Below, one piece after another: positions 12,466 through 19,704 of a DNA stretch of 32,000 nt. Under the pieces are notes generated by a model that saw only the letters and a list, made by a program, of their open reading frames with translations, was not told the origin of the DNA and made no database searches. The DNA comes from Thermodesulfobacteriota bacterium (GTDB lineage Bacteria; Desulfobacterota; WTBG01; JAGOGO01): contig CP113000.1 of the NCBI GenBank assembly GCA_026625185.1, positions 1,065,622 to 1,097,621 on the forward strand, written 5' to 3'. The position numbers were made by a program, and so were the translations under genes. The first letter of the stretch is position 1. The number at the start of each line of letters is the position of its first letter.

Positions 12466-13197
12466 GTGAGATACGCTATTCTTTCCGACATTCATGGAAA
12501 CCTTGAAGCTTTTGAAGCAGTCTTAAACGACCTCGCGGGAGCAGATGTTCAAAAACTAATATTCTTGGGCGATATTGTTGGCTACGGGCCAAACCCAGAA
12601 GAATGTATCACCCTCCTGCGGGAAAAATTCGACGTCATGATCGCGGGAAACCATGACTGGGCAGTAGCAGAAAAAACAGAGATCAACTCGTTTAATTCGG
12701 TTGCCCGGCATGCGATTGAGTGGACCATTGCTCACCTAAGCCCTGATGACAAAAAATTTTTAACCGAGTTACCTCTTAAAAAAGAGGAAGAAGGTTTAAC
12801 GTTTGTTCATGCCTCACCCATGAATCCTCAGGATTGGGTTTATGTTTTTTCAGGGAATGAAGCCCTGCAGAATCTTCGAGTCGTGAAGAACTACTTATGT
12901 TTTGTCGGTCATACTCATATCCCGTCAGTATTCGTGGTCAACGAATTTGGTGAACTCTTTTTTTTCAAAAATTTTACCGAAATCGTCTTGGAAGGAAAAA
13001 TCCATTTTCTAATCAACGTAGGAAGTGTGGGGCAGCCCCGGGACGGTTCTTCCCTGGCTTCTTATGGAATCCTGGATATGAAAAAGCGGGTTTTTTATCT
13101 TCGGAGGGTACGATATTCGTTTGAAGCCACCCAGAAAAAAATTTTATCAGCCGGGCTTCCTTCCATCCTGGCTGAGCGCCTGGCTCGGGGCTGGTAA
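12466..13197 (+). CDS. Metallophosphoesterase family protein (calcineurin-like phosphoesterase)
   Basis: 243 aa with the ordered motifs SDIHGN, LGDIVGYGP, AGNHD, GHTH and VGSVGQPRDG. GTG start. This is the only plus-strand gene in the left 17 kb. Confidence 0.85.
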   Translation: MRYAILSDIHGNLEAFEAVLNDLAGADVQKLIFLGDIVGYGPNPEECITLLREKFDVMIAGNHDWAVAEKTEINSFNSVARHAIEWTIAHLSPDDKKFLTELPLKKEEEGLTFVHASPMNPQDWVYVFSGNEALQNLRVVKNYLCFVGHTHIPSVFVVNEFGELFFFKNFTEIVLEGKIHFLINVGSVGQPRDGSSLASYGILDMKKRVFYLRRVRYSFEATQKKILSAGLPSILAERLARGW

Positions 13198-13244
13198 CTC
13201 ATACCAAGTTGCATTCAAAAGCAGATCGAGGCGGCGATTTGGTA

Positions 13245-13979
13245 TCAATAGCAGACTTCTTTTAAAAAAAGCCCCTGAGCAGGAGCGGTTTTCCCTGCTT
13301 TGGTGCGGTCCCGCGCTTCAACAATCTCCACAAATTCTTCGCGCGACATTTTGTTTTTTCCTACCTCAACTAATGTTCCAATAATATTGCGGACCATATG
13401 GCGCAAGAAAGCGTTTGCTTGAATAAAAAAAATTACCTCCGGTCCTTCCCGCCGAAATGCTGCCTCTATTACCTCCCTTTCGGGAGAAACCTTCTCATGG
13501 TCAGCGCCCTGGAAGGAGGAAAAATCGTGCCAACCGATTAAGTAAAACGCGGCCTTGCGCATCTTCTCAACATCTAGGGGCGTCTGTACCCACCACGAAT
13601 AGCTGCGGTAGAAGACCGAAGGTTGAGATGCGTTCCAAATTCGGTATTCATAGATTCTGCTCTTGGCGCTGAACCGGGCATGAAAGTTTTCCGGTGCCTC
13701 TTCGATGCTCTTGATCAAGATATCGGCAGGAAGAAGGCTGTTGGCGCCTTTAAGCAAAGCATTTGTATCAAGCGCGGACTCAGTCTTAAAGTTGGCTACC
13801 TGCCCCAAAGCGTGGACTCTGCTATCAGTGCGGCCGGAGCCATTCAACCGAATTTTTTGGTTAAGGATTTGGCTCAGGGCTTTTTCCAGAACATCTTGAA
13901 TGGTGCGGCCATTGGTCTGACTTTGCCATCCCTGATAATGGTTGCCGTCATATTCGATAACCAGTTTTAAGTTGCGCAT
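13245..13979 (-). CDS. truA: tRNA pseudouridine(38-40) synthase TruA
   Basis: MRNLKLVIEYDGNHYQGWQSQ...GSGRTDSRVHALGQV...FHARFSA...NAFLRHMVRNIIG are classic TruA motifs, including the catalytic Asp in GRTD. The track ORF starts at TTG 14012. ATG 13979 matches the usual TruA N-terminus. Confidence 0.92.
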   Translation of the reverse strand: MRNLKLVIEYDGNHYQGWQSQTNGRTIQDVLEKALSQILNQKIRLNGSGRTDSRVHALGQVANFKTESALDTNALLKGANSLLPADILIKSIEEAPENFHARFSAKSRIYEYRIWNASQPSVFYRSYSWWVQTPLDVEKMRKAAFYLIGWHDFSSFQGADHEKVSPEREVIEAAFRREGPEVIFFIQANAFLRHMVRNIIGTLVEVGKNKMSREEFVEIVEARDRTKAGKTAPAQGLFLKEVCY

Positions 13980-14089
13980 AGGTTTATTTAAAAGCGGGTA
14001 TAAGTTGTACAACTCACCTAATGTTGTATATCAGTAAAACGTTGTCATATCGACCAACGGGAGATATTTTGTATCCTTCAAAGATTATT

Positions 14090-14332
14090 AAGATTTCTCG
14101 CTTAGCGAGGGATAATGAACTGACGCGCACTCGCTACGCTTCGAAACGACACAATAATGACTTACGACACAGTCTCCAGGGGAGAGGGGAATTCTTTATC
14201 ATTTATGTGTGGGCAGGGAACGCCGTAGCCTCTCCATCAAGAGGAAGATTCATATTATTTCCTTTCTCCCCATGGAAAGGATTTTTCACGTCTTTTCCTC
14301 TCCCCGCCGGGGAGGTGACTAAGGTGAGGGGG
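14090..14332. repeat. Cluster of short GC-rich hairpin repeats in the truA / glycosyltransferase spacer
   Basis: Six hairpins are visible:
- CTCGC-TTA-GCGAG (14097-14109)
- TCTCC-AGG-GGAGA (14173-14185)
- CCTC-N8-GAGG (14229-14244)
- CCTTTC-N8-GAAAGG (14261-14280)
- CTCCCC-GCC-GGGGAG (14300-14314)
- the segment ACTCGCTACGCTTCGAAACGACACAATAATGAC

The 155-aa plus-strand track ORF across this region (14021..14488) is a read-through of these repeats. Confidence 0.5.
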
Positions 14333-15370
14333 CTAGGTGCGATTTCCCAAAAGTCCCTGGTAGACCTGCACGTGAAGGTCAAGCTCTTTTTTTTCGGAGT
14401 AGTTTTGACGGGCGAGGTTTTTACTCTCCTCTCCCATCTTTTTTCGCAAGCAAGGATTGCACGCGAGTTCTATTGCTCGTTGTGTTAATGCCTGCGGATC
14501 ATCAACCGAAAAAATAAAACCGTTTATATTTTCCTGGACCAAAGTCAGGTTCCCTTCCGCGTTGCTGGCTAGTATCGGGAGGCCCTCAGCCATAGCCTCA
14601 AGGATGGCTCCGGACATGCCCTCATGAAACGAGGTGTTCATCAATACATCAGCGGCTCGCATTAACTCCCTCACGTCACGCGGCGGGAGCCCGCCGAGGG
14701 AGCGGAAACAGCTTAGGTTTTCGCTTAATGCAAAGACTCGATCAGACTCTTCCTTATCCATGACCGGGCCGACATGAAGAAGGATAACCTCCGGAGCCTG
14801 TTTTTTGACTTCGTAAAAAACCTTGATTGCCAAAGAAAGATTTTTTATGGGCCGAATCCCTCCTGCCATTAAAAAAACTGTTGCCTCTTGCCCGATTCCG
14901 TACTTTGTTCGAATCGTGCTTCGGTCTTCAGTGCTATCGATGGGAGCTATTCCCTGCGGGATAATATAAATTTTATTTTTAAGCATCGGAAGCGAGGCAG
15001 AGAGCGAACTGGCCGCTGGTTCATGAAATACAATTAATGCGTCGGAATGTTCCAGATTTTCTTTGACATGCGCGGGAGGGTCTTTTATTCCGCACCAGGG
15101 CGCATAGTCAGTGCCGGTTAAAGTGATCACCCAGCGAGCGGTAAAGCTACTTCTAAAAAGCTTCATCCAAGGAAAAGTTCGTTCGGCATTAAAGCTATGG
15201 ACAATCCGGGGTGAAAACTGCATCACCTGCTCAGACTTATTTTTATTAGAATTAAAAAGAGCAACCTCATATCCTTGTTTTACCAAACCTTTCTGCAGGC
15301 GCTCAGCCAGAATGCTGTTTCCGCAATAATCCGGTAGCGTAAAAGGACTGACGAGCGCTACCTTAATCAT
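14333..15370 (-). CDS. Glycosyltransferase, GT-B fold (GT4-like)
   Basis: 345 aa. The C-terminal half has the GT4-type EGMSGAILEAMAEGLPILASN...NGF signature (E-x7-E). The ATG overlaps the upstream gene's stop (ATGA). Confidence 0.85.
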   Translation of the reverse strand: MIKVALVSPFTLPDYCGNSILAERLQKGLVKQGYEVALFNSNKNKSEQVMQFSPRIVHSFNAERTFPWMKLFRSSFTARWVITLTGTDYAPWCGIKDPPAHVKENLEHSDALIVFHEPAASSLSASLPMLKNKIYIIPQGIAPIDSTEDRSTIRTKYGIGQEATVFLMAGGIRPIKNLSLAIKVFYEVKKQAPEVILLHVGPVMDKEESDRVFALSENLSCFRSLGGLPPRDVRELMRAADVLMNTSFHEGMSGAILEAMAEGLPILASNAEGNLTLVQENINGFIFSVDDPQALTQRAIELACNPCLRKKMGEESKNLARQNYSEKKELDLHVQVYQGLLGNRT

Positions 15371-16206
15371 GATCCTTGCATTTCGTGAAAAGAGATTAAT
15401 GTAATCTGCTCATGCTTCAGGGCAGCAAGCACCTCCAGGTTGGTCAGGGCCGCAAGCTCGTCCTCATGCCTTGGTTGCGAAGAAAGCGGCATTGAAACAT
15501 TCCGAAATCCTGGGTGACACATTAATTCGGTAATACCCGGAGGAAGTTTACGAAAAAATTTTAGGAGCGATTCAATTTCAGAAATCCGGGGAAACTGAAT
15601 CCCGGCAAAATGCTCCGGGGAAAAAAGACCAAAAGATTTAAACATAAAAGCGACCCGCTTGGCAAGTAAGCCGAAAAAATATTTCTTGAAGGCTTTGGGC
15701 TGAAAATAATGCCCGGGGGTTTGAAATTTCTCCAGCGGCAACCGGATTTTTTTTATGTTAAAATCCCCCGCCAGACGCGCCGTTACTTCCGCGATACCGG
15801 GAAAAACATGAAGGTGGTTATTTCCGTCAAGGTGATCCGGGGTAATGCCTAATTCCCGCAAACGAGAAATCTGAGCGGCAAATTCCTCTTCAACTTCTTT
15901 GAGGTCATACTGGTGAAGCAAAGCTCGGCGCCAGGCGTTTTTCTTTTTAAAAAATTGATTAGTTTCATCGACCAAAGTTGTAGCTCGCCTGGTTATGGGC
16001 ACGCCTTTGGTAAGATTAAGGTGAACGCCGATCCGGGAGCCAAATACGGCCTTTAGCTTTGACACACTCTCTGCGTGAAAAGGTAAATTAGCAATGACCG
16101 AGACACTGGTAACAATACCTTTTTCCGCTGCCTCCACAATGCCCCGATTTCGTTCTTCATCCGAATTAAAATCATCAGCATTCACAATGAGGTTTCGTGT
16201 GGCCAT
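15367..16206 (-). CDS. YdjC/ChbG-family carbohydrate deacetylase
   Basis: NLIVNADDFNSDEERNRGIVEAAEKGIVTSVSV...GVHLNLT...HLDGNNHLHVFP matches the YdjC-like pattern (an N-terminal D-D metal and catalytic pair, then H-x-H motifs). The track ORF starts at 16281. ATG 16206 (MATRNLIVNADDF) lies 2 nt after the upstream stop and gives a typical ~279 aa. Confidence 0.8.
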   Translation of the reverse strand: MATRNLIVNADDFNSDEERNRGIVEAAEKGIVTSVSVIANLPFHAESVSKLKAVFGSRIGVHLNLTKGVPITRRATTLVDETNQFFKKKNAWRRALLHQYDLKEVEEEFAAQISRLRELGITPDHLDGNNHLHVFPGIAEVTARLAGDFNIKKIRLPLEKFQTPGHYFQPKAFKKYFFGLLAKRVAFMFKSFGLFSPEHFAGIQFPRISEIESLLKFFRKLPPGITELMCHPGFRNVSMPLSSQPRHEDELAALTNLEVLAALKHEQITLISFHEMQGS

Positions 16207-16208
16207 TT

Positions 16209-17144
16209 TTAACCTTTTTTCCCTTCCAGGCCAAACTGAAAAAAGGGAATGTACTTTTGCGCTTGCGTGTCCCAGGTCCACTTTTCCTCAATAGTTTTTC
16301 TCGCCTGCCGACCCATTTCAATCCGCAAATCTCGGTTGTCCCGAAGCCTGATCACTGCATCGCGAATCGCTGGTATCGTGCGCTCAATCAGAATCCCGTT
16401 TACTTCATCTTCAATCAATTCCGGCGCAATCCCCACGCGGGTTGAGATAACCGGTATACCGCAGGCTGAAGCTTCTAAAATCGGATGGGGACCGCCTTCA
16501 GTGCGGCTGGCGCAGATATAGGCATCAAGCCCCTGATAAAAGGGAACCATTTCTCTATGGGTACGCCATTTGGTTTCCCGGTCAGCCATAGTGAAGGCGA
16601 TCCCGGAGAGGCCCTCCAAAGCCGGAAGTATAAAGTCTTCAATCCCCCGTTTTCCCGGATGGTTTGTTCGTGAGCCGGCCCATCCGAGAATAAGTTTCCC
16701 CGAAGGAGAAGAAACTGGTCCTCCTGGCCGCGGATGAAATAACTGGTGGTCAACCCCATGAGGGGTTTGAAACAGGGCAGGATGCAGGGATTTAAAAATA
16801 TCAAAAAGCATGAGTGAAGGCACATTAAGAGCTTTAAATTGCTGCAAAAATTCTATGGTCTCGGAAGAAGGGGGGAGTCCCTGACCCCCATCCCATTTAA
16901 AGTGACAACGGATTCCGGTAATCGTATTTTTGGGGAGCTTACCTTTAAGTCCTGCCTGCTTCACTTGAGGGAAGTCGGTAAGGTAAAGAAGGTCAAAATT
17001 CCCTTCTCTGATTTTTTCTTCAGCATTTTGATTAAAGGCTTTTTCAAAATCAAAAAGGTGGTTTAGTCGCCGAATGACATTATCCGCCGCGCGCTCCAAC
17101 GCCCACCCCGGAACATCAGGAATTATGAGGATTTTTGGTTTCAT
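16209..17144 (-). CDS. Glycosyltransferase, GT-B fold (GT1/GT4-like)
   Basis: 311 aa. The C-terminal domain carries SRTEGGPHPILEASACGIPVISTRVGIAPELIEDEVNG (E-x7-E type). It is the first gene of the three-gene minus-strand operon. Confidence 0.8.
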   Translation of the reverse strand: MKPKILIIPDVPGWALERAADNVIRRLNHLFDFEKAFNQNAEEKIREGNFDLLYLTDFPQVKQAGLKGKLPKNTITGIRCHFKWDGGQGLPPSSETIEFLQQFKALNVPSLMLFDIFKSLHPALFQTPHGVDHQLFHPRPGGPVSSPSGKLILGWAGSRTNHPGKRGIEDFILPALEGLSGIAFTMADRETKWRTHREMVPFYQGLDAYICASRTEGGPHPILEASACGIPVISTRVGIAPELIEDEVNGILIERTIPAIRDAVIRLRDNRDLRIEMGRQARKTIEEKWTWDTQAQKYIPFFQFGLEGKKG

Positions 17145-17445
17145 AGAAGCATGCTCATATAAAAAGAGGTGGAGATCATTATAAGCTTATTGTAACCTAA
17201 ATTTAGTAATGTTCAACCCTGCTTTGAAGACCCGTTTAGGCAGTCATTTTTGACGAGTCCTGTCCTGGCGGGACGGAATCCAGAGAAGGGTGGGCAAAAT
17301 TCACTTCGTCCGGATTTTCGCCTTGGACAGAGAATCAAGCTTCGGAAGCCTTCAGGAAGTCATTATGTTCTTTTACCCCATTAGAAAAGTCCCGCTGGCC
17401 CTGCTGGATAAACATAGTCAAACCACACAGGATATAAGTAGCCCC

Positions 17446-17625
17446 ATGATGCCTCCCGGTCTTTTTGATTGGCAGAATCGTTTTGAAAAACCTGACAAAA
17501 ACGGCGACCCGCTTGCGAAACTGAACAAGGTGGTTGAGTGGAATAGATTTCGGCCGGCTTTGGAAACGCTCCGAGCCAAAGACAAAAAACCAATGCAGGA
17601 GCAAAGCCGTATGATAATTGTGAAC
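17446..17625 (+). pseudogene. IS5-family (InsH N-terminal domain) transposase fragment, frameshifted and truncated
   Basis: MMPPGLFDWQNRFEKPDKNGDPLAKLNKVVEWNRFRPALETLRAKDKK resembles the N-terminal domain of IS5/IS1182-type transposases. After the A-run at 17584-17589 the expected continuation (TNAGAKPYD) appears in a different frame. Similarity is then lost, no DDE domain follows, and I could not recognise any terminal inverted repeats. Confidence 0.6.
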
Positions 17626-17757
17626 TTGTCTTGGGAAAAAATGGATTTTTAGAGGCGCCCTTAAAAAGCGAGTAGGTTGGAAAATGAGGGAGACGTGGCC
17701 CCATGTCTTTTTAGCAGTAAGCACTCAGGCAGTAAAAATGAGACCGTTTTCCTCAAA

Positions 17758-17865
17758 TCATGTCTTCCACCGTAAGTCGCGCTGGTCCGGCAGATCCGGC
17801 ACCAATCCGTAAGCTCTCTTTCGATTTTTGCCTTTTTGACTAACAGAATTATTTCTTGCTGACAT
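17758..17865 (-). CDS. Hypothetical 35-aa basic peptide (speculative)
   Basis: MSARNNSVSQKGKNRKRAYGLVPDLPDQRDLRWKT. It is preceded by a very strong SD, GAAGGGGGGA, 5 nt from the ATG. It is below the ORF-track length cutoff and has no recognisable family. It could be the orphaned 5' end of a deleted gene. Confidence 0.25.
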   Translation of the reverse strand: MSARNNSVSQKGKNRKRAYGLVPDLPDQRDLRWKT

Positions 17866-18036
17866 AAAAATCCCCCCTTCTTTTTTTAATTAATAATTAA
17901 CGTGTGATTCACCAGCCGCAAGGGCTTACATCGAACTAGTTAAAGGCAAGTATTTTGCCCAAATTAAAACCTCTCAGAGGGCTCCGCCTCGCGGACTGGT
18001 GCAACCAATTGTTACACGGCGTGTATCTGAGCTGAC

Positions 18037-18465
18037 TCATGTCGAGGCGAACAGTGGCCCACTGCAACAATCGCAACGATGCCTGCTGTGATCAGACGAG
18101 GCATTAAGGAATGACTGAACTCGAAGCCAGTCATCACTCTTGACGACTCTCACTGTATCCTGTCGATCGATATGTAAGCCGTACGACTGCTTATATCCAA
18201 TTGAACTCTGCGTGCTTGGACAGAACAGGACGTCCTTTACTCGGGAGGTCACCTCTATGGCCCCCCGCTTATAGGCTTCGAGCATCGTGTCCCGGTAGTA
18301 GTCAGGACTCTGATTGTCAAATATAGACTGAATACGGTGCGAGGAGGCCGGAATCGTGTGCTTTTGATGCTTCTCACGTTGATACTGCGTCGCGAGGAAG
18401 TCCGTCGATGGAGGTGCCGGCCTAATGCCACATTGGTTCGCGCAGCGGGCACAGTAGTAAGTCAT
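18037..18465 (-). CDS. Hypothetical Cys-rich protein, 142 aa, family not recognised
   Basis: ATG with GGAG 8 nt upstream. The N-terminal motif is CxxCxxxC (YYCARCANQCG) and the C-terminal motif is HSRHRCDCC, which suggests a Zn site built from both termini. The segment is visibly GC-richer than its neighbours. It has its own upstream palindrome and a 5' UTR hairpin. Confidence 0.6.
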   Translation of the reverse strand: MTYYCARCANQCGIRPAPPSTDFLATQYQREKHQKHTIPASSHRIQSIFDNQSPDYYRDTMLEAYKRGAIEVTSRVKDVLFCPSTQSSIGYKQSYGLHIDRQDTVRVVKSDDWLRVQSFLNASSDHSRHRCDCCSGPLFAST

Positions 18466-18488
18466 TTGTATTTCTCCGTGCTTTCACT

Positions 18489-18505
18489 GGCGCTCTCATA
18501 GCGCC
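18489..18505 (-). promoter_or_regulatory. 5' UTR hairpin of the Cys-rich gene
   Basis: GGCGCT-CTCAT-AGCGCC forms a perfect 6-bp GC-rich stem between the palindromic promoter region and the SD. Confidence 0.4.
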
Positions 18506-18516
18506 GTGTAAAAATG

Positions 18517-18535
18517 ATTATACAGTCTGTATAAT
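18517..18535. promoter_or_regulatory. Perfect 19-bp palindrome, candidate operator overlapping a -10 box
   Basis: ATTATACAG-T-CTGTATAAT has 9-bp perfect arms and reads TATAAT on both strands. It lies 52-70 nt upstream of the ATG at 18465. Confidence 0.5.
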
Positions 18536-18590
18536 ACTGATTTTTTCAGTGTTAGTGTTAGCCGTCAGTGATAAAAATGTATCCCGCCTT

Positions 18591-18634
18591 AAACAAAAAA
18601 GACCCATCACCTTTTCATCCGGCGATTCGGCCTT
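18591..18634 (-). terminator. 44-bp direct repeat, copy 1: terminator-like hairpin plus T-run downstream of the ORF6N gene
   Basis: AAACAAAAAAGACCCATCACCTTTTCATCCGGCGATTCGGCCTT. On the minus strand it reads ..GCCGAATCGCC-GGATGAAAA-GGTGATGGGTC-TTTTTTGTTT: a 6-bp core stem ATCGCC/GGTGAT with one G-U pair, followed by a U-tract. It is identical to 19349..19392 at 43 of 44 positions. Confidence 0.6.
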
Positions 18635-18707
18635 TTAATATGCTTAAATATTGCTTTCTCGAAACCATCTTTTAAACCTTCACTCCCGTTTGAGTTTTTC
18701 TTTTGAT

Positions 18708-19304
18708 TTAATAAATAAATTCTGAGAAAAAGTCAAGAAAAGGCATTGGTTTTTTGACATACCGAGTCTTCGGTTCTTTCACCTGAAAACCAATTTGCTT
18801 GCGCGGCGCTTTCGGCTTAGTCATCAATTCGCGAATTGCCTCAAAAAGAGTTAAAATGTTTTTATCATGACTGGCAATACGTTTTTCCAGTTCAGCCAGC
18901 TTCAGAGCCAAAACTTTGCTGGTGGATAAGGCTTCACGGAAACGAACAAAAGCGCGCATGATAGCCATATTTATCTGAATGGCTCTTTTGCTTTTTAAAA
19001 CACTTGAGAGCATAGCCACACCTTGTTCGGTAAAAGCATAGGGCAGATAGCGGGGACCACCACGCCCTTCAGTTTTTGACATTCCAGTTTGGAATGTCAA
19101 AGAGTAAGCTTCTTCTTTAGTGAGCTGAAACATAAAGTCTGATGGAAAACGATCCCTATTTCGTTTGACGGCTTTATTCAAATTAAAAGTTTCTACACCG
19201 TACATTGCGGCAAGATCACTATCCAACATGACTTTTTGTCCACGGATGAAATAAATCACCTGTTGAATTCGTTCTACAGAAATGGTTTTTTTGTTATCAG
19301 TCAT
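18708..19304 (-). CDS. ORF6N-domain (KilA-N-related) DNA-binding protein
   Basis: IYFIRGQKVMLDSDLAAMYGVETFNLNKAVKRNRDRFPSDFMFQLTKEE...GGPRYLPYAFTEQGVAMLSSVLKSKRAIQINMAIMRAFVRFRE is the characteristic ORF6N domain sequence. A coiled-coil C-terminus (LAELEKRIASHDKNILTLFEAIRELM) follows. This family is typical of mobile and phage-derived DNA. Confidence 0.85.
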   Translation of the reverse strand: MTDNKKTISVERIQQVIYFIRGQKVMLDSDLAAMYGVETFNLNKAVKRNRDRFPSDFMFQLTKEEAYSLTFQTGMSKTEGRGGPRYLPYAFTEQGVAMLSSVLKSKRAIQINMAIMRAFVRFREALSTSKVLALKLAELEKRIASHDKNILTLFEAIRELMTKPKAPRKQIGFQVKEPKTRYVKKPMPFLDFFSEFIY

Positions 19305-19348
19305 GTTATTTAGTGCAACCCTTTTGCTATGAATTTTGTTGGTTGTTA

Positions 19349-19392
19349 AAACAAAAAAGCCCCATCACCTTTTCATCCGGCGATTCGGCCTT
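19349..19392 (-). repeat. 44-bp direct repeat, copy 2 (the same terminator-like hairpin), 45 nt upstream of the ORF6N ATG
   Basis: AAACAAAAAAGCCCCATCACCTTTTCATCCGGCGATTCGGCCTT has one mismatch to copy 1, with a repeat period of 758 bp. The outer stem GCC/GGC is intact in this copy. T-runs lie on both sides, so it could act bidirectionally. Confidence 0.6.
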
Positions 19393-19675
19393 ATTTTTTA
19401 TTCTTATCTTTAATTATTATTCTTCCCATCAAAGACACCCTATTCCATTCTATCTTTTATCTTTTTTGGGGTTGATTTTTTTTGTTTTTTAATACTAAGC
19501 GGGGGGAAAGTAAATAAAAAAACATCTTCCAAGGAATAGTTAAGGTTCCAAATTCAATAAAAAATCTAAAATCGCTTTTCATTCCAAGAGCAACCTTTCA
19601 TGAACCGTAACCCGAAAAAAAGAAATAATATTTTCTCTGCAAAAAAGATTAGCCGTATAAAAAACAATCATCTCT

Positions 19676-19704
19676 TTGACATTTTCTTAAAATTGGATTA
19701 AGTT
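19676..19704 (+). promoter_or_regulatory. Candidate sigma-70 promoter of lepA
   Basis: TTGACA (19676-19681), an exact 17-nt spacer, then TAAGTT (19699-19704). This would place the transcription start only 3-4 nt before ATG 19715. Confidence 0.35.

Noticed and set aside
13198-13244. The 7-bp inverted repeat ATACCAA...TTGGTAT between the convergent phosphoesterase and truA genes, read as a bidirectional terminator
   Set aside because: The loop is about 31 nt and there is no flanking T-run, so it is not a convincing intrinsic terminator.
14021-14488. 155-aa plus-strand ORF spanning the truA / glycosyltransferase spacer
   Set aside because: Its translation (..SRLARDNELTRTRYASKRHNNDL..PLPAGEVTKVRGLG..) is just a read-through of GC-rich palindromic repeats. 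It then runs antisense into the glycosyltransferase gene.
17335-17724. Two overlapping minus-strand ORFs (129 aa and 107 aa) over the IS remnant
   Set aside because: They are antisense to the recognisable transposase N-terminal fragment. They have no start-site signals or motifs.
18012-18511. A 10-bp inverted repeat, TTACACGGCG (18012-18021) and CGCCGTGTAA (18502-18511), flanking the Cys-rich ORF, read as transposon ends
   Set aside because: A single 10-bp inverted match within about 500 bp is not far from chance. The right copy is already explained as part of the 5' UTR hairpin. No target-site duplication is visible.
18517-18535. The palindrome ATTATACAGTCTGTATAAT read as a LexA (SOS) box
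   Set aside because: It contains CTGT and ACAG, but in the inverted order and spacing (ACAG-N1-CTGT) relative to the gammaproteobacterial CTGT-N8-ACAG box. It does not match the other phylum-specific LexA motifs I know. I kept it only as an unassigned operator candidate.
18591-19392. The 44-bp repeats read as integron attC sites
   Set aside because: No intI integrase or attI is present in the window. I could not find the RYYYAAC / GTTRRRY core pairs. The repeats are direct copies of a simple terminator-like hairpin rather than the bipartite attC structure.
19600-19701. 33-aa basic ORF ([33 protein letters not shown]) upstream of lepA
   Set aside because: It has no SD and AT-rich low-complexity codons, and it overlaps the candidate lepA promoter. 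It is most likely non-coding.
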